A stretch of 64,000 nt of DNA from Candidatus Krumholzibacteriota bacterium. GTDB taxonomy: Bacteria > Krumholzibacteriota > Krumholzibacteriia > JAJRXK01. How positions within the stretch are numbered: position 1 is the first letter of the stretch; every line of letters begins with the position of its first letter. Shown in pieces: positions 1 to 10,383 of the stretch. Where the stretch lies: assembly GCA_963764625.1 (NCBI GenBank), contig CAVXTH010000006.1, positions 160,001-224,000 on the forward strand, read 5' to 3'. The translations under genes and the position numbers were made by a program. The notes beneath the pieces were generated by a model, which saw only the letters and a list, made by a program, of their open reading frames with translations, did no database searches and was not told where the DNA came from.

Positions 1-437
1 AAGGTGGAAGGGACGCCGTCGACCTCGGTGCTCTCCACCTGGATTCCCTCCGTGAAGAGATCGAGGTCGATCGAGTCCATTGGGGCCAGCGCGGTCAGAT
101 GTACTTTCACCAGCCCGTAGAGAGAATCAACGACGTCGCTCACCTGGAGGGTGACTTCGTAGAGCGTGACGTCCATGGGACGATCGTCGCGCTCGATGGG
201 CGTCGCGCGGTCGCGCTTGTTCGAAACCAACCCTTCCGGCCGGTTCTGAAAGTAGGAGAGCGGCTTGTCCAGTTCATAGAACGCGCGCTCGCCATCGCTG
301 ATTTTGGTGTTCGAGGCGTTCCCTGGCGTGGATTCGTACTTTGCCGCGTGAATGGGTTGGGGCGAGAATGTGAGAGTGACGAGGGTTGCCAGCGCAACGA
401 GCTGGGCCTTATATGCGTACTTAAGGAATCTCGTCAT
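1..437 (-). CDS. Secreted M1-family aminopeptidase, N-terminal part (runs off window start)
   Basis: Manual translation from ATG at 437 (GGGAG RBS): signal peptide MTRFLKYAYKAQLVALATLVTLTFSPQPIHA, then DVTLYEVTLQV...GLVKVHL...IDLDL...IQVESTEVDG, typical of the M1 N-terminal beta domain. The catalytic HEXXH is outside the window. Confidence 0.65.
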   Translation of the reverse strand, partial: MTRFLKYAYKAQLVALATLVTLTFSPQPIHAAKYESTPGNASNTKISDGERAFYELDKPLSYFQNRPEGLVSNKRDRATPIERDDRPMDVTLYEVTLQVSDVVDSLYGLVKVHLTALAPMDSIDLDLFTEGIQVESTEVDGVPST

Positions 438-491
438 GGGCTCCCAACCTCTTTTTCACTCTCGAGCCTCACCGCTCGGAGAGGATACGCA

Positions 492-2147
492 ATGAACCCA
501 GGGGATTCAACGACTCACGCGCGTTCGCCGATGCCCATGCTTCTGATTTTGGCCCTGTGCCTGCTCGTGAGCGCCTGCGCGAGTCAAGTGACGAACGGCC
601 CGGCCTGGCCCGATGAAGGTTCTTCCGAAGAGTCCTCCGCAACCGAACTCAAGACCGCGGAGAAAGCTTCCATTCTTCAGCCGCGGCCGCCCGCGGAATA
701 CTGGTGGAACCAGCCCAAGGACAAACTGCCCCACTTGGTGGGAGGGAAGTACCTGGATCATCGGGACAGCCTGGGGTTCTCCGAATTTCGCAAACTCGGG
801 GAAGAGGACCAACGTGATCGACGGCGGAGCGCCCGCAAGCACCTGGAGAAGGGGCTGGCCCTGGGCGCGAATCGAGTGGCGCTGAACGACTACGCGACCG
901 GAGCGGGTCTGTGTCCCTATTATCCCGAAATCTGGCTCCACTACGCGGAAGCCGAGATTCAAATGGGGAACTACCACACGAGTCGCTACTTGCTGCAGGG
1001 AGTGGAACGGAGCCTTCGCTTTGCCTCTGGAAGCAGCGAGCAAGAACAGGTCGCGTCGGACTTCTACTATCTCGACGCTCTCGCTTCCTACAATCTGGGT
1101 GAGAAGGACAGGGCCCTGGAATCGGCCGAAAACTGTCTGGCCCTGCGCGGGGGAAACCTGGACGCAAGGCTCCTGCGAGCGAGGTGCCTCACCGATTTGA
1201 ATCGTTTCGACGAGGCACGAATAGAACTGAGCCGATTCGAGTTCGGGTCTCCCCATTACGCTCAGGCTCAGGCGGTGCGTGGCGTGTTGGAGATGGACGC
1301 GGGCGATCTAAAGAGCGCCGAGCGGGCCTTCTCCGAGGCCTACGAGTACGGACTTCGCAGCGGCATCCTCGAGAACGATCGGGGCCGGCTGGCCCTGATG
1401 CAGAACCGGCTGGACGATGCGGTCGATCACTTCGAACGGGCGGTGCGGTTGATGCCCGAGCTCATGGAGGCGCGCAACAACCTGGCGGTGGCTCTGAGGC
1501 GCGCGGGGGAAAGCGCTCGAGCCGAACAGGTCTTGAATCGGGCCATCGCGCTGAACCCGAACTACGCCGCCACCCATTTCAATATGGCGGAGCTGCTCCG
1601 CTCTCGCCTGGAAGATCTCAAAGGAGACGAGCTGAGACGAACCGCGCGCGAGGCCCGCGAGCACTACGACGCAGCGCTCGCCCTGCACTATCGCCCCAAG
1701 GTGATTCTCGAACGCCGAGCCTGGATTTCTCTTCGTCTCGGAGATCTGGCCGCAGCAGAAAACGACCTGCTCAAACTCACCGGTACTGCGAATCCCGACG
1801 GGCGCGTCCTGTTTCTTCTCGCCCATACCAAACAGGAACAGAATGATCTCCGCGTCGCGCAGAAACTCTACGAGATGGCGATTCAGAGGGGATATGATGG
1901 AGCCGACGTTCACAGCGATCTAGGGGAGGTGCTGTTGCGACGCGAGGATCTCGAGCGAGCGCGAAGCGAGCTGGAGAAGGCCATCTCTTTGGACGGAAGT
2001 CTCGTCGCTACGCGACTCAATCTCTGTCAGACGCTCGCCGATCTGGGCGATCGTGAGGCGGCCGAGAAGGTCTTGAAAGAAGCGGAAGCGCTGGCCCCCG
2101 ACGATCCCGCGGTGAGAGCGCAAAGGAAGGCTTTGGATTCGCGATGA
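492..2147 (+). CDS. TPR-repeat lipoprotein
   Basis: Start moved to ATG 492 (GGAGAGGA RBS). Lipobox LLVSA-C and many TPR units (e.g. EARNNLAVAL...AEQVLNRAIALNPNYAATHFNMA). Confidence 0.85.
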   Translation: MNPGDSTTHARSPMPMLLILALCLLVSACASQVTNGPAWPDEGSSEESSATELKTAEKASILQPRPPAEYWWNQPKDKLPHLVGGKYLDHRDSLGFSEFRKLGEEDQRDRRRSARKHLEKGLALGANRVALNDYATGAGLCPYYPEIWLHYAEAEIQMGNYHTSRYLLQGVERSLRFASGSSEQEQVASDFYYLDALASYNLGEKDRALESAENCLALRGGNLDARLLRARCLTDLNRFDEARIELSRFEFGSPHYAQAQAVRGVLEMDAGDLKSAERAFSEAYEYGLRSGILENDRGRLALMQNRLDDAVDHFERAVRLMPELMEARNNLAVALRRAGESARAEQVLNRAIALNPNYAATHFNMAELLRSRLEDLKGDELRRTAREAREHYDAALALHYRPKVILERRAWISLRLGDLAAAENDLLKLTGTANPDGRVLFLLAHTKQEQNDLRVAQKLYEMAIQRGYDGADVHSDLGEVLLRREDLERARSELEKAISLDGSLVATRLNLCQTLADLGDREAAEKVLKEAEALAPDDPAVRAQRKALDSR

Positions 2148-2632
2148 TGAGAATTGCATTCGCAAGCCTGTTGATTCTTTTCCTGTCCGTTCCCCCAAGC
2201 GTGGCACGGAGCGCGGATGAAACGTCCGAGAATTCCTCGAACGAGAGCGTGAGTTCGCGAGCGACTTCCCCGAAGTATTACGTGGCCTATCGAAGTCCCG
2301 AGGGCGCCGCGTTGCGGAGTCTCGTGGTCCCCGGCTGGGGGCAGCACTACAACGGAGAGACGGGAAAGGGATGGATTCTGGGTTCGATCGCGGTGGTGGG
2401 ACTCCTCCTGGGAACCAAAGTCATCTCGCCGGGGGTGCTCTCGCGCGGCGACGAGAAACATAATCTGGAGAAAGGCCTCGGATGGTTCATGTATGGCGGG
2501 ACAGTGGCATGGGCCACCTTCGATGCCTATTCGCGCGCCGAGGCGATCAATCGAGAAAACGGCTACGATATGGCGCTGAGCGCGCAGACTTGTGGCCCCT
2601 TGCAATTCACGCTCCTGCGAATCGGTTTCTGA
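2144..2632 (+). CDS. DUF5683-like exported/membrane protein
   Basis: Signal peptide; SPEGAALRSLVVPGWGQHYNG motif and ...FDAY..A...N. ATGA overlap with the upstream gene. Confidence 0.6.
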   Translation: MMRIAFASLLILFLSVPPSVARSADETSENSSNESVSSRATSPKYYVAYRSPEGAALRSLVVPGWGQHYNGETGKGWILGSIAVVGLLLGTKVISPGVLSRGDEKHNLEKGLGWFMYGGTVAWATFDAYSRAEAINRENGYDMALSAQTCGPLQFTLLRIGF

Positions 2633-2634
2633 GC

Positions 2635-2662
2635 TTGACGACGCGCACGCTTTGGCTATCAT
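2635..2662 (+). promoter_or_regulatory. sigma70-type promoter
   Basis: TTGACG-N16-TATCAT upstream of the lamin-tail-domain gene. Confidence 0.5.
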
Positions 2663-2824
2663 GCAATTGCCTCCCGACGGCGAAACACGGGAGGATTTTT
2701 TTGCCCGCCATTTCGCTCGCCTCTCTCCTTCACACTCGCCCTCTCTGAAGACCACCATCACGGGCCTTCGCGTCCTCCCGAGTGCAATTTCCTTTCTGCC
2801 TCCCGGTCATACTTGGAGCAAAGC

Positions 2825-3472
2825 ATGAGAATCTCTCTCGAGCGATTTTCTCTGGCTGTTCTTTTCGTCGGGATCTTGCTGATGCCGGTCCGCGGTTTCG
2901 CCGCGATCGTGTTGAACGAGCTGGTGGCAGCCCCCGCGCGCGACTGGAACGGTGACGGAGAGATCGATTACAAGAACGACGAGTGGGTGGAGATCCTCAA
3001 CACCGGCAGCACGGCGGTGGATCTCACCGGTCTCTATCTCAAGGACGCCACCGGCGACGCGTATCACTACGGTTTCGAGGGCAGTCTGGAACCGGGGGAA
3101 ACGCTGGTGGTGTATGGCAGCGACGCGGTCGCCTGGCAAGCTGCGAACAACGCCGGGAGCAGCGGCCTCAGTATCAACAACGGAGACGAGACCATAGAAC
3201 TCTGGCGGGATGTTCCCGATCCGAGGATCCTCCAGGTGGTCGACTTCGTGCCCATTCCGGCCCACGCGGGGGCGAGCGACCGCGCGATGGGGCGTCTCCC
3301 CGACAGCCTCGATTGGGTGCTGTTCGATTCCCTGAATCCCTACTCCGGGGATCTCCTTCCCACCGGCACCGGGTGCGAACCGTCCCCCGGTACGCCCAAC
3401 GTCTGCGACGTGGTGGGGGTGGAGAACCTCAGTTTCGGTCGCATGAAGGCCTCCCACGTCCCCCAGAACTGA
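2825..3472 (+). CDS. Secreted lamin-tail-domain (LTD) protein with C-terminal SFGRMKA tail
   Basis: Signal peptide; IVLNELVAAP..DWNGDG....DEWVEILNTG..AVDLTGLYLKD...LSINNGDETIEL...PSPGTPN (LTD). Ends VGVENLSFGRMKASHVPQN. Confidence 0.8.
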   Translation: MRISLERFSLAVLFVGILLMPVRGFAAIVLNELVAAPARDWNGDGEIDYKNDEWVEILNTGSTAVDLTGLYLKDATGDAYHYGFEGSLEPGETLVVYGSDAVAWQAANNAGSSGLSINNGDETIELWRDVPDPRILQVVDFVPIPAHAGASDRAMGRLPDSLDWVLFDSLNPYSGDLLPTGTGCEPSPGTPNVCDVVGVENLSFGRMKASHVPQN

Positions 3473-3551
3473 TCGGGGCAAGAGGGCGCGCCCGCCTCCG
3501 CGGAGGAGGGCGTGCCCCGATACCCGCTGGGCAAGAATTGCCGGGTGGTCT

Positions 3552-4502
3552 ATGCTGCCGCCCATGACACGCGATCTGCAGGAACTCTGGATGAAGGCTC
3601 GCGGGGGAGATCTGGAGGCGACCGCTTCGCTCCTGGATTCCCTCCACGTGAGTGGCCCGGAGCGTCAGGCCCTGGTGGAGATGGTGCATCCCCTCACTGG
3701 CCACGCCCATCGGGTGGGCTTCGCGGGTCCAGTGGGAGTGGGTAAGAGCACTCTCCTCAAAGGACTCTCCCGCCTCTGGCGCGAGACGGGTGCGACGGTC
3801 GGCCTGGTGACGAGCTCTCCGCCAGCGCGCGAAGTGAGTCTGGGCGAGGGTCTGAGTCTTCTGGAGCTGGCGCAGGAGGAGGGCACTCTCCTGCACGCCC
3901 TGCCGGGCGAATTGGAGCCCCGTGAGCGGAATCTCGCGGCGGGCCTGGTGGCGGACGCCATGGAGGCGCTGGGGTGCGACCCCATCCTGCTCGAAGCGCC
4001 TGGCCTGGGACCCAGCGAGGTCGAGCTGATCCGCCGAAGCCATACCATCGTCCTGGTCCTGGCCCCTGACATCGCGGTCCTGGAACTGGTCCTGAGCGGC
4101 CCCTGGATCGAGGGTGCCGACCTGGTGGTTCTCAACCACAGCGAGCGCGAAGGGGCGCGAGAGGTGGCGAAGCGCCTGGAGGAACGACTCGCGCGGGGCG
4201 GGCGGAGCAAGGCCCTGCTGCTGACCGAGGCCAACCACGGCACGGGTCTGCAGGAGCTGAGCGTCGCGCTGAAAGCTCATGCCGAGGCTCTCCGGCAGGG
4301 AGACGGCTATGAGCTGAGACGGCGCAGTGGGCTTCGGGCTCAGCTGCGTTTGCTCACCGAGGAGCGCCTTCTGGAATCGCTCTGGCAGGACGCCGATCTG
4401 ACCCGAACTCTCGACGAGTTGGCCGAGGACGTGGCGCGTCTTCGCACCGACCCCGAATCCGCCGCCGCGAGGCTGGCGAAGTGGATTCGCGGCAAGCGCT
4501 AG
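3552..4502 (+). CDS. Divergent MeaB/ArgK-like GTPase
   Basis: HAHRVGFAGPVGVGKST P-loop, LEAPGLGPSE, overall MeaB layout including the C-terminal helices. Several motifs are degenerate. Confidence 0.7.
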   Translation: MLPPMTRDLQELWMKARGGDLEATASLLDSLHVSGPERQALVEMVHPLTGHAHRVGFAGPVGVGKSTLLKGLSRLWRETGATVGLVTSSPPAREVSLGEGLSLLELAQEEGTLLHALPGELEPRERNLAAGLVADAMEALGCDPILLEAPGLGPSEVELIRRSHTIVLVLAPDIAVLELVLSGPWIEGADLVVLNHSEREGAREVAKRLEERLARGGRSKALLLTEANHGTGLQELSVALKAHAEALRQGDGYELRRRSGLRAQLRLLTEERLLESLWQDADLTRTLDELAEDVARLRTDPESAAARLAKWIRGKR

Positions 4503-4720
4503 CTTCATTCAGAAGCATTGGCTTCGGCTCGATCTCGACGGTTTCGAACTAATGTTCGGACGCTGGTCCTTTCAATTCTCCCGATCAAACGATATTGTAT
4601 TCTTCTGTATGGGGTTTCAACGCTCCACACCCAAGAACCAATTGAACTCAACGCGATGTGCCGCGGCCCGATTCGTCATTCTGGGAGCGGACGGGTCCGG
4701 CTGAGCCGAGTGAGGTGCCG

Positions 4721-5857
4721 ATGCAGTTGACAGAGAACCAGACCATGATCCGGGACGTGGCGCGCCGCTTCGCCCAAGAACAGCTCGCTCCCATCGCCCA
4801 CGAAATCGACGAGGAGGCTCGCTTCCCCCACGAGACGGTAAAGAAACTGGGGGAAATCGGGTTCTTGGGCTGCTTCGTTCCCGAGGAGTGGGGCGGGGCC
4901 GGCCTGGACACTCTCAGCTACGCCATCGTGGTGGAGGAAATCGCGAAAGTGTGCGGCTCCACAGGGCTCACCGTGGCCGCGCACAATTCGCTGGGTTGCT
5001 GGCCGCTTCTGGCCTTCGGCACCCAGGAGCAGAAGGAGAAATATCTGCGGAAGGCGGCCAGCGGCGAGATGCTCGTCAGCTACGGATTGACTGAGCCCGG
5101 CGCGGGAAGCGACGCGGGCGGCACGAAGAGCTACGCCGTCCTCGATGGCGACGAGTGGGTGCTCAACGGCAACAAGTGTTGGATCACCAACGCCTCCCAC
5201 GCCGGACTGTACGTGCTCACCGCTCTCACCGACCGCGAGAAGGGAACCCACGGAGGCATCAGCGCCTTCCTGGTGGAACGAGGCACTCCCGGATTCGAAG
5301 TGGGCTCGAAGGAACACAAGATGGGCATGCGGGCCAGCGATACCGCGACCCTCACTCTGCAGGACGTGCGTATCCCTCGCGAGAATCTGCTGGGGGAGCT
5401 CGGACAGGGCTTCCCCGCGTTTATGCAGATTCTGGATGGAGGCCGCATTTCCATCGGCGCCCTGGCCCTGGGAATCGCGGAAGGTGCCTACGAGTATGCG
5501 TTGAACTACTCCAAGGATCGAAAAGCATTTGGCAAACCCATCAGCGCGTTTCAGGCCATCCAGTGGATGCTGGCCGACGCGCGGACGGAGATCGAAGCCG
5601 CGCGGCTGATGATCTACAACACCGCGCAGAAGAAAGATCGGGGCGAGGACTACACTCTCGAGAGCGCCATGTGCAAGCTCTACGCGAGTGAGATGGCGAT
5701 GCGGGTCACGAATAACGCGATCCAGATCATGGGTGGCTACGGCTACTGTCGCGACTACCCGGTGGAACGCATGTACCGTGACGCGAAGCTCTGCACGATC
5801 GGCGAGGGAACCAGCGAGATTCAACGCCTCGTGATCAGTCGGAACGTTCTCTCCTGA
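4721..5857 (+). CDS. Acyl-CoA dehydrogenase (short/branched-chain type)
   Basis: [52 protein letters not shown]. Confidence 0.95.
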   Translation: MQLTENQTMIRDVARRFAQEQLAPIAHEIDEEARFPHETVKKLGEIGFLGCFVPEEWGGAGLDTLSYAIVVEEIAKVCGSTGLTVAAHNSLGCWPLLAFGTQEQKEKYLRKAASGEMLVSYGLTEPGAGSDAGGTKSYAVLDGDEWVLNGNKCWITNASHAGLYVLTALTDREKGTHGGISAFLVERGTPGFEVGSKEHKMGMRASDTATLTLQDVRIPRENLLGELGQGFPAFMQILDGGRISIGALALGIAEGAYEYALNYSKDRKAFGKPISAFQAIQWMLADARTEIEAARLMIYNTAQKKDRGEDYTLESAMCKLYASEMAMRVTNNAIQIMGGYGYCRDYPVERMYRDAKLCTIGEGTSEIQRLVISRNVLS

Positions 5858-5892
5858 CCACTCCAGCGATTGATTAGTGAAAGGGAAAGCTC

Positions 5893-7080
5893 ATGTCGAC
5901 CAAAGCCGTGATTCTCTCGGGCGCACGTACCCCGGTGGGAAAGTTCCAGGGGGGTCTTGCCCCGATCAAAGCTACCGAGCTTGGAGCCATCGCCGTGAAA
6001 GAGGCGGTAAGACGCGCAAAAGTCCCTGCCGAAAAGGTGAACGAGGTCGTGATGGGTTGTGTACTGCCGGCCGGCCTCGGTCAGAATCCGGCGCGACAGG
6101 CCTCCATCTACAGCGGATTGCCCAATACCATCAGCGCCATGACCATCAACAAAGTTTGCGGAAGTGGGTTGAGAGCGGTGGCCCTCGCGGCGCAATTCAT
6201 CAAGGCCCAAGACGCATCATTGGTGGTAGCGGGGGGCATGGAGAGCATGAGCAATACGCCGTACTCTCTGCCCGGCGCGCGCACCGGCTACCGCCTCGGC
6301 CATGGCCAGCTCATCGATCTCATGGTTCACGACGGACTGTGGGACGTCTACAACGACTTCCACATGGGAATGACTGCGGAGCTGGTGGCCGAGAAATACA
6401 AGATCAGCCGTGAAGAGCAAGATCAGTACGCCTATTCCAGCCACCAAAAGGCGATCGCTGCCATGGACGCGGGTCGCTTCAAGAAGGAAATCGTTCCGGT
6501 GGAAGTGAAAACGCGTAAGGGAACCATCGTGGTCGACACGGACGAAGGTCCCCGGCGCGAAACCACCCTGGAGGCTCTGGCCAAGCTCCGTCCCGCGTTC
6601 AAGCGTGACGGGGGGACCGTCACGGCCGGCAACGCGCCCAGCGTGAACGACGGTGCGGCGGCGGTAGTGGTGGCCAGCGAGGACTTCGCCAAGGAGATGG
6701 GTGCCGGGGAATGGTTCGAGATCGAGGCGTATGCCACCGGAGCTCTCGAGCCCGAATGGGTCATGATGGCGCCGGTGAAGGCAGTGCGAAATCTACTCGC
6801 CAAGACCAAGAGCGGGATCAGCGATTTCCCCCTCATCGAACTGAACGAAGCTTTTTCCGTGCAGGCGCTCGCCGTCATGCGCGAACTCGAAATGGATCCG
6901 GCCCGAGTGAACGTTAATGGCGGCGCGGTGGCTTTGGGCCATCCGATCGGCGCCAGTGGAACGCGGATTCTCGTCACCCTCATGCACGCGATGATCGACC
7001 AGGATGTCGAAAGAGGTCTGGCCGCTCTCTGCCTCGGTGGAGGCGATGCGGTGGCTCTCAGCGTGCGACGCGTCGCCTGA
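5893..7080 (+). CDS. Acetyl-CoA C-acetyltransferase (thiolase)
   Basis: [24 protein letters not shown]. Confidence 0.95.
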   Translation: MSTKAVILSGARTPVGKFQGGLAPIKATELGAIAVKEAVRRAKVPAEKVNEVVMGCVLPAGLGQNPARQASIYSGLPNTISAMTINKVCGSGLRAVALAAQFIKAQDASLVVAGGMESMSNTPYSLPGARTGYRLGHGQLIDLMVHDGLWDVYNDFHMGMTAELVAEKYKISREEQDQYAYSSHQKAIAAMDAGRFKKEIVPVEVKTRKGTIVVDTDEGPRRETTLEALAKLRPAFKRDGGTVTAGNAPSVNDGAAAVVVASEDFAKEMGAGEWFEIEAYATGALEPEWVMMAPVKAVRNLLAKTKSGISDFPLIELNEAFSVQALAVMRELEMDPARVNVNGGAVALGHPIGASGTRILVTLMHAMIDQDVERGLAALCLGGGDAVALSVRRVA

Positions 7081-7095
7081 GAAGGAGTGAATGTC

Positions 7096-7950
7096 ATGAT
7101 CAGCCGGAAGATCGCCGTCATCGGCGGCGGAACCATGGGAAACGGGATTGCCCACGTCTTCGCGCAGAACGGCCACGAGACGGTTCTGGTGGACGTCGAC
7201 GACGCGGCGCTCGCCCGCGCGCGCAAGACGATCGAATCGAACCTCGCCCGCCAGGTCAAGAAAGAGAAGATCACCCAGGACACCGCCGACGCCTCGCTCT
7301 CGCGCCTCGATTTCACTGCTGACCTAAGTAGGGTCAAGGGGTGCGCTCTGGTGGTGGAGGCCGTATTCGAGCGCAAGGACGTGAAGCTGGGCATCTACGA
7401 GAAGGTCGTTCCTCTTCTGGGGGCCCAGACCATTCTCGCCAGCAACACTTCGTCGATTTCCATCACGGAACTGGGTGCGGCCACTAAAATGGCCGATCGC
7501 TTCATCGGGATGCACTTCTTCAACCCCGTCCCCATGATGAAGCTCGTGGAGGTCATAAGGGGGTATCACACTTCGGACGAGACCACCAAAAAAGTGGTGG
7601 AGATCGCGCGCGATTTGGGGAAAACCCCCGTCGAAGTGAACGACTACCCGGGCTTCGTGAGCAATCGCGTGCTCATGCCCATGATCAACGAGGCCATCTA
7701 CTGCCTCATGGAAGGGGTGGCCACGGCGGAAGGCATCGATGAGGTCATGAAGCTGGGAATGGCCCACCCCATGGGACCTCTGACCTTGGCGGATTTCATC
7801 GGATTGGATGTTTGCCTCGACATCATGAACGTACTCTTCAGCGAGCTCGGAGATCCAAAGTACCGCCCGTGCCCCTTGCTCAAGAAGATGGTCGCCGCGA
7901 ACGACCTGGGACGGAAGAGTGGACGCGGCTTCTACGCTTACGGCAACTGA
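7096..7950 (+). CDS. hbd: 3-hydroxybutyryl-CoA dehydrogenase
   Basis: GGGTMGNG Rossmann motif, SNTSS, GMHFFNP, PMGP. AAGGAG RBS. Confidence 0.92.
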   Translation: MISRKIAVIGGGTMGNGIAHVFAQNGHETVLVDVDDAALARARKTIESNLARQVKKEKITQDTADASLSRLDFTADLSRVKGCALVVEAVFERKDVKLGIYEKVVPLLGAQTILASNTSSISITELGAATKMADRFIGMHFFNPVPMMKLVEVIRGYHTSDETTKKVVEIARDLGKTPVEVNDYPGFVSNRVLMPMINEAIYCLMEGVATAEGIDEVMKLGMAHPMGPLTLADFIGLDVCLDIMNVLFSELGDPKYRPCPLLKKMVAANDLGRKSGRGFYAYGN

Positions 7951-7964
7951 AAGGAAACTTGATC

Positions 7965-9104
7965 GTGAAATTCGAGCTGACCAGTGAGCAGGAGCTCATC
8001 CGCAAGACAGCGCGGGAATTCACCGAGAACGAAATCGTCCCCCATGCGGCGGAATGGGATGAACAGAGCCGGTACCCGAAGGAAGTCGTGGTCAAGATGG
8101 CCGAGCTGGGCTTCATGGGCATGTTCGTGCCCGAAAAGTGGGGCGGGGCCGGTCTCGATCACCTCAGTTACTGTCTAGCGGTGGAAGAAATCTCCCGCGG
8201 CGACGCTTCCTGCGGCGTCATCATGTCCGTGAACAACAGCCTCAGCTGCTGGCCGCTCATGCGATACGGAACCGATGAGCAGAAGAAGCGCTGGCTGAAG
8301 CCCATGGCGCAGGGCGAGACTCTGGGTGCGTATTGCCTGTCCGAACCCGAGGCGGGAACCGACGCGGCGGCGCAGAGTACAGTGGCCGAGGCCGATGGCG
8401 ATGGCTTCATTCTGCGCGGCACCAAGAACTTCATCACCAACGGGGCCAGCGCCAACACGCTCATCGTCTTCGCGATGACTGACAAGTCGGTGGGACACAA
8501 GGGAATCAGCGCCTTCGTGGTGGATTCGAATTCAAAAGGCGTGCAGGTGACGCATACCGAACACAAGATGGGCATCCGCGCCAGCGAGACCGCCCAGCTC
8601 GCGTTCGACGACGTGAAGCTCGGTCCCGAGAACCTGCTGGGAAAGACGGGCGAGGGATTCAAGATCGCCATGAATACGCTCGACGGAGGGCGCATCGGGA
8701 TCGCCGCCCAGGCCGTCGGAATCGCGCAGGCCGCTCTGGAGCACGCCATCAACTATTCGAAGGAACGCGAACAGTTCGGACGCACTCTGTCCAAATTCCA
8801 GGCGATCCAGTTCAAGCTTGCCGACATGGCGATGAGAATCGACGCCTCGCGATTGCTCACCTTCCGCGCGGCCTTCGTGAAAGATCAGGGCCAGGCGCAT
8901 CCTTCCGAAAGCGCGATGGCCAAGCTCATGGCCTCCAATACGGCGGTCTTCTGCGCCGAGGAGGCGGTACAGATCTTCGGCGGCAACGGCTACTCCAAGG
9001 AATACCCGGTGGAGAAGCTCATGCGCGACGCCAAGATCTGTGACATCTACGAGGGTACCAGCGAAGTGCAACGAATGGTCATCGCAGCCAAGTTGCTGGC
9101 CTGA
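7965..9104 (+). CDS. Acyl-CoA dehydrogenase (butyryl-CoA type)
   Basis: LSEPEAGTD, KNFITNG, GGNGYSKEYPVEKLMRDAK, IYEGTSEVQ. GTG start after AAGGA. Confidence 0.95.
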   Translation: MKFELTSEQELIRKTAREFTENEIVPHAAEWDEQSRYPKEVVVKMAELGFMGMFVPEKWGGAGLDHLSYCLAVEEISRGDASCGVIMSVNNSLSCWPLMRYGTDEQKKRWLKPMAQGETLGAYCLSEPEAGTDAAAQSTVAEADGDGFILRGTKNFITNGASANTLIVFAMTDKSVGHKGISAFVVDSNSKGVQVTHTEHKMGIRASETAQLAFDDVKLGPENLLGKTGEGFKIAMNTLDGGRIGIAAQAVGIAQAALEHAINYSKEREQFGRTLSKFQAIQFKLADMAMRIDASRLLTFRAAFVKDQGQAHPSESAMAKLMASNTAVFCAEEAVQIFGGNGYSKEYPVEKLMRDAKICDIYEGTSEVQRMVIAAKLLA

Positions 9105-9168
9105 TTTCGTGTACGGACTTCACCGGCGCACCAGGTAGTTGCCGGACGTCCGGACGCAGGAGACGGGA

Positions 9169-10314
9169 ATGGATTTTTCTCTCAACGAGCAACAGGAACT
9201 CTTCGTCAAGGGAACAGCCGATTTCGCCCGCGGAGAGATCGAACCGCTTTGCCGGCAGATGGATGAAGAGGGGATCATCGACCCCGGTTTGCTCTCAAAG
9301 CTCAAGGAGCAGGGCTATTTCGGTCTGAGCTTTCCTGAGGAATTCGGGGGAGTGGGCCTGGACACTCTCACCTACGGATTGGTGATCGCCGAGCTCGCCA
9401 AAGTCGACGCGGGAATCGCCATCATGGTCGGGGTCCACAACAGCGTGGGCAGTTACCCGGTGATGCACTTCGGCAGCCTCGAACTGAAGCAGAGGGTTCT
9501 TCCCGCGATGGCACTGGGTAACCTGGGGTCATTTTGCGTGACCGAACCCGGGGCCGGGAGCGACGCGGCCAGTCTCAGCTGCCGCGCCGAACGTAGCGCG
9601 AGCGGCTATCGTCTGAGTGGAGAGAAGATCTGGGTGACCAACGGCTACCACGCCCGCTTCTTCGTGGTTCTCGCCCGGCTCGACGGCATTCCAGGACACG
9701 AGGGCATCTCCGCTTTTCTCGTCGAACGGGACGCCAAGGGGCTCTCCATCGGCGCCAAGGAAAAGAAGATGGGCTTGCGCAGCTCGGACGCGGTGTCGGT
9801 GATTCTGGATGGGGTGGAAGTGAGCCGGGAAAACCTGATCGGCCGCGAGGGGCAGGGATTCGAGATCGCCATGGTGAGTCTCGACGGCGGCCGTATTGGA
9901 GTCGCCTACCAGTCCATCGGCCTAGCCACCGCCGCTCTGGAGGCCGCCCGTGACTATGCCAGCGAGCGCGAGCAGTTCGGGAGGCCGATCGCGCAGTTCC
10001 AGGCCATTCAGTGGATGCTGGCGGACATGGGCACCGAGCTCGAACAGTCCAGCCTACTGGCGCACAAGGCCGCGACCCTTCGCGATGAGGGAAAGCCCTT
10101 CACCCGGATCGCGGCCATGGCGAAGTACTCGGCCAGTGAGATGGTGAATCGGGTGGTGGATCGGGCCCTTCAGATCCACGGAGGCTACGGCTACTCCAAG
10201 GACTATCCAGTGGAGAGGTACTATCGCGATGCCCGCGTATTGCGCATCTACGAGGGCACGAGCGAAGTCCAGAAGATCGTGATCGCCCGCAAACTGCTCA
10301 GCGGCTCCGACTGA
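9169..10314 (+). CDS. Acyl-CoA dehydrogenase
   Basis: [45 protein letters not shown]. Confidence 0.95.
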   Translation: MDFSLNEQQELFVKGTADFARGEIEPLCRQMDEEGIIDPGLLSKLKEQGYFGLSFPEEFGGVGLDTLTYGLVIAELAKVDAGIAIMVGVHNSVGSYPVMHFGSLELKQRVLPAMALGNLGSFCVTEPGAGSDAASLSCRAERSASGYRLSGEKIWVTNGYHARFFVVLARLDGIPGHEGISAFLVERDAKGLSIGAKEKKMGLRSSDAVSVILDGVEVSRENLIGREGQGFEIAMVSLDGGRIGVAYQSIGLATAALEAARDYASEREQFGRPIAQFQAIQWMLADMGTELEQSSLLAHKAATLRDEGKPFTRIAAMAKYSASEMVNRVVDRALQIHGGYGYSKDYPVERYYRDARVLRIYEGTSEVQKIVIARKLLSGSD

Positions 10315-10383
10315 GGGCGCGGCTCGGGCGGGCCGACCCCACCTCGATTAGGTTGTTCTCACCCCCTCATTCCGGAGATTGGC

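Noticed and set aside
99-491. N-terminal 131 aa of the 682-aa ORF
   Set aside because: It is the antisense shadow of the minus-strand M1 peptidase gene. The real start is ATG 492, with an RBS and lipoprotein signal.
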